The notes beneath the pieces were generated by a model, which was not told the origin of the DNA, made no database searches, and saw only the letters and a list, made by a program, of their open reading frames with translations. Shown piece by piece: positions 58,882 through 64,000 of a stretch of DNA of 64,000 nucleotides. The first letter of the stretch is position 1; the number at the start of each line of letters is the position of its first letter. A program made the translations under genes and the position numbers. Source of the DNA: an uncultured Chloroflexia bacterium (GTDB lineage Bacteria > Chloroflexota > Ktedonobacteria > Ktedonobacterales > Ktedonobacteraceae); the NCBI GenBank assembly GCA_963814985.1, contig CAWFFV010000034.1, positions 110,749-174,748 on the forward strand, written 5' to 3'.

Positions 58882-59548
58882 TTAGGTGCAGCCTGCCAGC
58901 GTTTCTGTTGGATTAGATGCAAAGCATCGCGGGCATGGATTTCATCGTACACCAGCACGGCACCAGTCAACAGAACGCTGCGCCCCACCCCATGTTCGCA
59001 GTGAATCAAGACGCGACCACCCTTTGCAATACGCTCATGGACCCAGGTCACTCCCTGCATTAACTGCTCAACAGAGAGCGGATAAGTATCGGGAGCTGGT
59101 AAATACAATAACTCAATATTCTCTTGTGCCAGCGCTTGACGTCATCACAGTATTCGGAGCGCGTATCTACCACATGCGTGATACCTGCTCGCCCCAGTGC
59201 CTTAATATCTTCTGGCCGTACACGTCCACCCACAGCAAGATGACTATTCACCCAGCTCAGATTTAATTTGTCTGGCAGCGGAATATGCCATGAGCGAGCA
59301 ATCTTCTCACTTCTAGAGTTCTCTGGGAAGAGATGAACTGCGATACGTGTCCAGGCTCGATAAGAGAGACGCACAGCGCCTTTCGAGGCCCATTGCACAA
59401 ACGAAAAATGTATATGAGGGCGCTCAATCACTACAGAAGTTTGTTGAGTACTGGCAGACGAAGAAACAGGTGTTGACAGAGTTTCGTCTTCCGCTTGCTT
59501 ATCAATGGGTGGTGGGGGTATCGGTTCCGATGACATGAACGGGATCAT
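58818..59548 (-). CDS. Dual-specificity / protein-tyrosine phosphatase (CX5R), split by a frameshift near 59060-59108. Its 3' end overlaps the convergent HAD gene.
   Basis: The C-terminal ORF has the active site HCEHGVGRS. The N-terminal ORF has VVDTRSE and a Pro-rich N-terminus. The two overlap in different frames. Confidence 0.65.
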
Positions 59549-59615
59549 CCTTCTTTTAGTCCAGTGTAATCATTGTAAATTGCTGCTAACTTGGATCTGT
59601 GTCTATTGAAACATA

Positions 59616-60605
59616 TCAGTGCGATGTCACCAAAGGTGGCAGGGCAGCTTGTTCATCAGATAGAGCAGGCACCGTGTCTCGTTGTGTGACGCGCTTGAGT
59701 GCTGCTATAGCACACTCTATCATACTATCGTCGGGTTCGCGTGTCGTCAATCCCTGTAAAGCCAGACCGGGAGCAAGAAGCCACCTGACAACACGATAGC
59801 GATAATTTGCTGCCCCCAGGCGCATCAGTTCGTAAGCAATTCCTGCGACAACAGGAACCAGCAAGATACGTGAAAGCACCTTGATGAGCAACGGAGGAGA
59901 ACCAATCAACGCAAACACGAAGATCGAGACGACCATTACCAGCAATAAAAAGCCCGTCCCACAACGAGTATGCACACGCGAGGCCCGACGCACATGTGGA
60001 ATATCCAGTGGGTCGCCCTGTTCCATCGCATTAATAGTCTTATGTTCTGCACCATGATAGCCAAAGACGCGCTGAATATCGGGCACCCGGCCTATCAAGT
60101 AGAGATAACCAACTAACAAGCCCAGACGAATAATACCTTCGAGTGTCAGATTTAGCCAACCATCACCGATCTGGCCCCGTAGCAGACTTGTTACTAACAA
60201 CGGTCCCACAAAAAAGATGGCAACGGCCATACTCAATGATACCAGCAACGTGATTACCAGTGTCGCACCACCGATTTGGGGTGGTTTCTCTTCCAGGTGG
60301 TCCTCTTGCGCCTCTCCCTCCAGTTTTGCCGAAGTAGCAGGCTCATCGGGATTGAGTGCTCCCGTAGAGATGTTGGCAGAGAGTGTCATCATGCGCGTAC
60401 CCAGTACTAGCATTTCCCAGAGTAGCAACATACCGCGCAGAAAGGGCAGACGAAAGAGCTTATTCTGGTACAATTTGGGATCAAGTGCCTCCTCATAGAG
60501 GTAGATGCTGTCATCAGGTCGCCTGACTGCCACCGCTGCTGAGGAACGACCCCGCATCATCACTCCCTCCATGACGGCCTGACCACCGTAATAGAACGTT
60601 GCCAT
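59616..60605 (-). CDS. DUF1385-domain membrane protein (YqhQ-like).
   Basis: The N-terminal signature GGQAVMEGVMMRG is present, with TM helices and HGAEHKTINA. Confidence 0.8.
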   Translation of the reverse strand: MATFYYGGQAVMEGVMMRGRSSAAVAVRRPDDSIYLYEEALDPKLYQNKLFRLPFLRGMLLLWEMLVLGTRMMTLSANISTGALNPDEPATSAKLEGEAQEDHLEEKPPQIGGATLVITLLVSLSMAVAIFFVGPLLVTSLLRGQIGDGWLNLTLEGIIRLGLLVGYLYLIGRVPDIQRVFGYHGAEHKTINAMEQGDPLDIPHVRRASRVHTRCGTGFLLLVMVVSIFVFALIGSPPLLIKVLSRILLVPVVAGIAYELMRLGAANYRYRVVRWLLAPGLALQGLTTREPDDSMIECAIAALKRVTQRDTVPALSDEQAALPPLVTSH

Positions 60606-60750
60606 AAAGTTTTCCTTTCGCTACCTTGTTTTCACTCTTCACAAACGAACCGGACACTAATGCATCCGTTTCTCTGGCGTGGCCATATCGTGAGAGAGTT
60701 CCCGTGGAGCCAACATTGAGAGACGACGAAAGATCGGACTCTTTAAGAGC

Positions 60751-62131
60751 TTATTGGGCAAACGGCGGCGCAAGCGACGAAGACGGATGGCCGAACGCAT
60801 ACGTCCCGATAGCATGTGGAGACGAAGTTGCCCAGTGCGGCGTTTGCCAGATGCTCGTTTTATCCCACTCTGGCAAATAACTAAGGAGACAGCTTGCAAT
60901 CTCAAACGAAGCGGTGGGTTTGCTGATACGCTTCGCATTCTCCACCTTCCGCTGCATCTCAGATGAGCCTGGTTTGATAAGTTTCCGTAATGCAGCGACT
61001 AGCTCAAGTGGTGTACGAGCCAATGCCCCTACATCATTACTGACGACATACTCAACATTACCTTCCTCCTGTCCTGGCACATAGCCACTGAGTATGATGG
61101 GCAGATGACACGCCAGGGCTTCACAAATGGTTCCTGGTCCTGCTTTTGTCACAATGATATCGGAAGCATGCATCAGTTCTGGCATATTCTGTACGAAGCC
61201 AAAGATTTTTGCAGGCACATGCAGCCTCGAACAGCTACGTTGTAAGTGAGCGTATAAGCGCCGATTGCGCCCGGTCACTACCATCAATTGTACAGGTAAA
61301 CGGGCCTGAGAAATAGCATGCACAACTGCCCGTAAGCCACCAGCACCATCACCCCCACCCACTAACAAAATTACGGAGAGACCAGGTTTCAAAGCAAACT
61401 TCTGCTGAAGTTCCTCCTTGCTCTGCATTGGTTGTATAAATTTGGGATCGATCGGCATACCCAGTACATGTATGCGATCAGAGTCCAGACCTCGTTTCAA
61501 GTAGAGTGCTTTGGCCTGCTCTGTTGGCACAATATAACCATTTGCACCAGGTGCATACCAGGCATAATGTACAGTAATCAGATCGGTTACCACGGTAATG
61601 AAGGGAATATGCAGATCAAGTTTCTGGAGAGCCTGAATGGTGACATGGTTGAGCATAGGGTGGATCGAAACAATGATATCTGGCTGTACACTTGTAAAGA
61701 GGCGCAATAGCCCATTAAGGATCAAGGGGAGAGCAAGCGTCTTCACTGCCAGCACGGGTCCTTTGCCATTGCTGATATGAAAAAACTCGCCGAACAGCCT
61801 GGGATTATAGCGAATAGTTGGTCCGTAGAGTTTCACCGCCTCGCGCAAAGGAAAACGGCTATATTCTTCAAACACATCAACAATCTCGATACGATAGGTA
61901 AGGAGGAGGCAAAGCGGATATCGTTTCAGTAGTCTGCTGTGTTGCTTGTGCGGCATTTGATCCAGTACAGACTTGCTCATCATTGAAACGGGTTAGCCAT
62001 TCTTGCTGTTCTCTTTGCGAAATTAAGTTGATTGCATTGCTGATAGCATTGGCGGCGCTGCGATGTCCGGCTCCTGTATCAGCAATCAGAAAGAGGATTG
62101 TTCGTTGTGTCACATTGACCAGAAGACTCAC
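60751..62131 (-). CDS. GT28-family glycosyltransferase (MGDG synthase / processive diacylglycerol glycosyltransferase-like), with a frameshift near 61880-61985.
   Basis: The N-terminal ORF (61877..62131) has ILFLIADTGAGHRSAANAI. The main ORF has the Glyco_tran_28_C-like block (LLVGGGDGAG...VVTGRNRRL...IIVTKAGPGTICEALACHLPIIL). Confidence 0.7.
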
Positions 62132-62144
62132 CCCCTAGCATAAG

Positions 62145-62188
62145 AATATAAAAGGGATAAAGGACTGATTAAAAGCTCCTTTATCCCC
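62145..62188 (-). terminator. Rho-independent terminator downstream of rpmE.
   Basis: On the minus strand: GGGATAAAGGA-gcttttaatcag-TCCTTTATCCC followed by TTTTATATT. Confidence 0.6.
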
Positions 62189-62206
62189 GTAGTATACGTC
62201 GAAATC

Positions 62207-62413
62207 CTATTCGTCTTGCAAGTTAAAGCGTTTGCGGAAACGCTCTACACGGCCAGCCGAGTCCAGAATACGCTGTTGCCCAGTGAAGAATGGGTGACAT
62301 TTAGAACACACATCAATCTTGAGTACAGGTTTGACACTAAGTGTCTGAAAACTACTGCCACAGGCACAACTCACTGTGGCTTCTACATAATTTGGATGAA
62401 TTCCTTTTTTCAT
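62207..62413 (-). CDS. rpmE: 50S ribosomal protein L31.
   Basis: MKKGIHPNY...CACGSSF...[13 protein letters not shown] is the canonical zinc-ribbon form of L31. Confidence 0.93.
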   Translation of the reverse strand: MKKGIHPNYVEATVSCACGSSFQTLSVKPVLKIDVCSKCHPFFTGQQRILDSAGRVERFRKRFNLQDE

Positions 62414-62631
62414 GGTCTCTCCCAGATATCAACAGTTATGGCTTCGTTGTTTGGAAAGCTCAGCCTCTCTCGGCCTCCCCTCCCATCTCTCACTTGCCTG
62501 ACCAAAAGTGTGCCGACAATGCAAGCATGATTGTACATGGATGCCGTCATGACGTCAAGATGGTCTGGTAACAAGCACCTCTTCTCTCTATCCCACTAGA
62601 GAAAACAATCCAGGTTACGAATATATGCCCA

Positions 62632-62967
62632 CTATGAAGGAATGTAGCGAGTCACGGAAAAATCTGCCAGGCGTTGAATATTCGCATAAATCCAGATAAC
62701 CCCTCCCTGCAGTTGGCCAGTTCCCTGGTCGATATGACCAGCATATGCATACTGAGACAATGTCGCGAGATCATTTAAAACAGTGAGTGTCGAGGGTTGT
62801 GCTAACTGATCATTGGACAGGTGTATCAGTGTCATCGTATCATTGTGGGCCTGAGCAAGCCAGTGATCGACATTGTTAAGAGCCGTATTCACCTGAATAG
62901 CGAGCTTACGTTGATCACGAGTAGCAGCTGGATTCTGTAGCGCTCCTGAGAGATGTAGCCCTATCAA
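62632..62967 (-). CDS. Hypothetical protein, coupled via ATGA to the upstream ORF.
   Basis: No family recognised. It is translationally coupled to 62964..63824. Confidence 0.35.
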   Translation of the reverse strand: MIGLHLSGALQNPAATRDQRKLAIQVNTALNNVDHWLAQAHNDTMTLIHLSNDQLAQPSTLTVLNDLATLSQYAYAGHIDQGTGQLQGGVIWIYANIQRLADFSVTRYIPS

Positions 62968-63824
62968 ATAGACATAGCCTGGTGGTATTCCATCAGTATA
63001 GGGGGAATCTGTGCCCTGTGTGCCTGCGCGCCCTGTAGATGCTGCATATCTTCTCCAAGCAAGGGGATTTGATCATATTGTTGTGGATCGGTAAGCAAAA
63101 CCATCGTTGGTGGAAGATTGATACGAGCCAATTTCCTGCCATCCAGCAAATCTATCATACGTATAATCTGGTTACGAGTTGTTGTGTAATCTTTGGTTTG
63201 CCATGCATCCCTGGCACTATTCGCTAATGTGAGAACATTTTGTGTGCTTTGCAAGAGAGCGTCTGCCAGACCACCACGCAAGCCGAGAGCCTTGAGTTCA
63301 GGTGCCTCTACAAGCAAGTGGCGGAAATGATCGAGCATACTAAAGTGAGACTGATCATCCGGATTAGCCTGCTGTGTAAGCTCAGCATAATAGCGCCACT
63401 TATTTGTATCCAGGGAAGGAAGGGTTGGTATGAAAGCGGAGTCCTCTTCCGAGATCAGAAAACGACTGGTCACTTCCAGAAGGTCGATATGATGTTGTCC
63501 ACCTGTGTAGAGAAAATGTATCTGGCCATGATCAACATTCAATTGTCCCAGGAAGATCGGTGCAGCCTCCGTTTGAACTTTATCTGGTAAGAGCCATGCA
63601 CAGTAACTCTGGCCAGCGTCAGGAGCAGGAATGCCTGAGAGGTCAACCTGCAACTCGTCGTTAATTCCCTGGCTGTTGATATTGCCGTTTAATTGTTCAC
63701 TGCTGACAAAAAAAGCATGACCAACGACAGATGTTGGTGCTGTTACTGGGGCAGTCGACTGATGGAGTAGAAACAAAGTGCCCAGGCCGGAGACTACAAC
63801 GGCCAGAAGGAGGAGAACGGTCAA
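62964..63824 (-). CDS. Hypothetical N-terminally membrane-anchored protein; the N-terminus may extend toward the window edge.
   Basis: A TM helix (VLLLLAVVVSGLGTLFLL) is followed by a soluble domain with no recognised family. Confidence 0.4.
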   Translation of the reverse strand: MTVLLLLAVVVSGLGTLFLLHQSTAPVTAPTSVVGHAFFVSSEQLNGNINSQGINDELQVDLSGIPAPDAGQSYCAWLLPDKVQTEAAPIFLGQLNVDHGQIHFLYTGGQHHIDLLEVTSRFLISEEDSAFIPTLPSLDTNKWRYYAELTQQANPDDQSHFSMLDHFRHLLVEAPELKALGLRGGLADALLQSTQNVLTLANSARDAWQTKDYTTTRNQIIRMIDLLDGRKLARINLPPTMVLLTDPQQYDQIPLLGEDMQHLQGAQAHRAQIPPILMEYHQAMSI

Positions 63825-64000
63825 GGCTACAAAGAGTCCGCGCTGATTCCTGCGTCGCGAGAGGGTACGTGGAGGAAGCAGGGGAACAACTGAGGCAGAT
63901 GAAGATGAAGTGGACGATGCATTGACGCTCTGTGGCTTATCTGCTATTCCACTCAGAGAGAACGTAGAACCATCTCTCCTGACCCGAGCCCAGGTCAGGA

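Overview
This window is a chromosomal segment from a large, repeat-rich bacterial genome (about 50% GC). The gene content (giant TPR proteins, an LRR-Roc-COR 'ROCO' protein, a Ser/Thr kinase with an ECF sigma/anti-sigma pair, many IS elements and MITEs) is consistent with a Ktedonobacteria-like Chloroflexota organism; this is an inference. Housekeeping and metabolic genes include ispH, DAHP synthase, uracil-DNA glycosylase, ribosomal protein L31, sufB, an HtrA protease, a bacterial nitric-oxide synthase, FemAB-family transferases, a YajQ protein, an ANTAR response regulator, PSP1/RicT, an SPFH protein, a DHA2 MFS transporter and one tRNA-Arg. Mobile and accessory content is interleaved: a short degenerate 37-bp-repeat CRISPR array that abuts and truncates an ISAzo13-family transposase fragment, an IS605-family TnpB element, a frameshifted ISAs1 transposase, and at least 10 copies of two nested families of TIR-bounded palindromic MITEs. 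The MITE copies are the most unusual signal. In several copies the conserved flanks enclose cores that are each a perfect palindrome but differ in sequence, with mirrored substitutions on both arms, and in one copy a second MITE family sits where the core would be. Other notable points: an aromatic-rich leader peptide plus terminator (a classic attenuator) immediately upstream of DAHP synthase; a bacterial NOS translationally coupled to a C-N hydrolase, next to a decayed radical-SAM remnant; an apparently CarH-like MerR-HTH / B12-binding module fused to a YeiH-family transporter; and a ROCO / LRR / HD-dNTPase cluster with near-identical 69-bp tandem LRR repeats. There is a striking number of single-nucleotide frameshifts in otherwise well-conserved genes (DUF929, NOS, SufB, second FemAB copy, SPFH, MGDG-synthase-like, DSP phosphatase, a TPR protein, the LRR regions). 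This suggests either indel-prone sequencing or active pseudogenization. No cas genes are present in the window.
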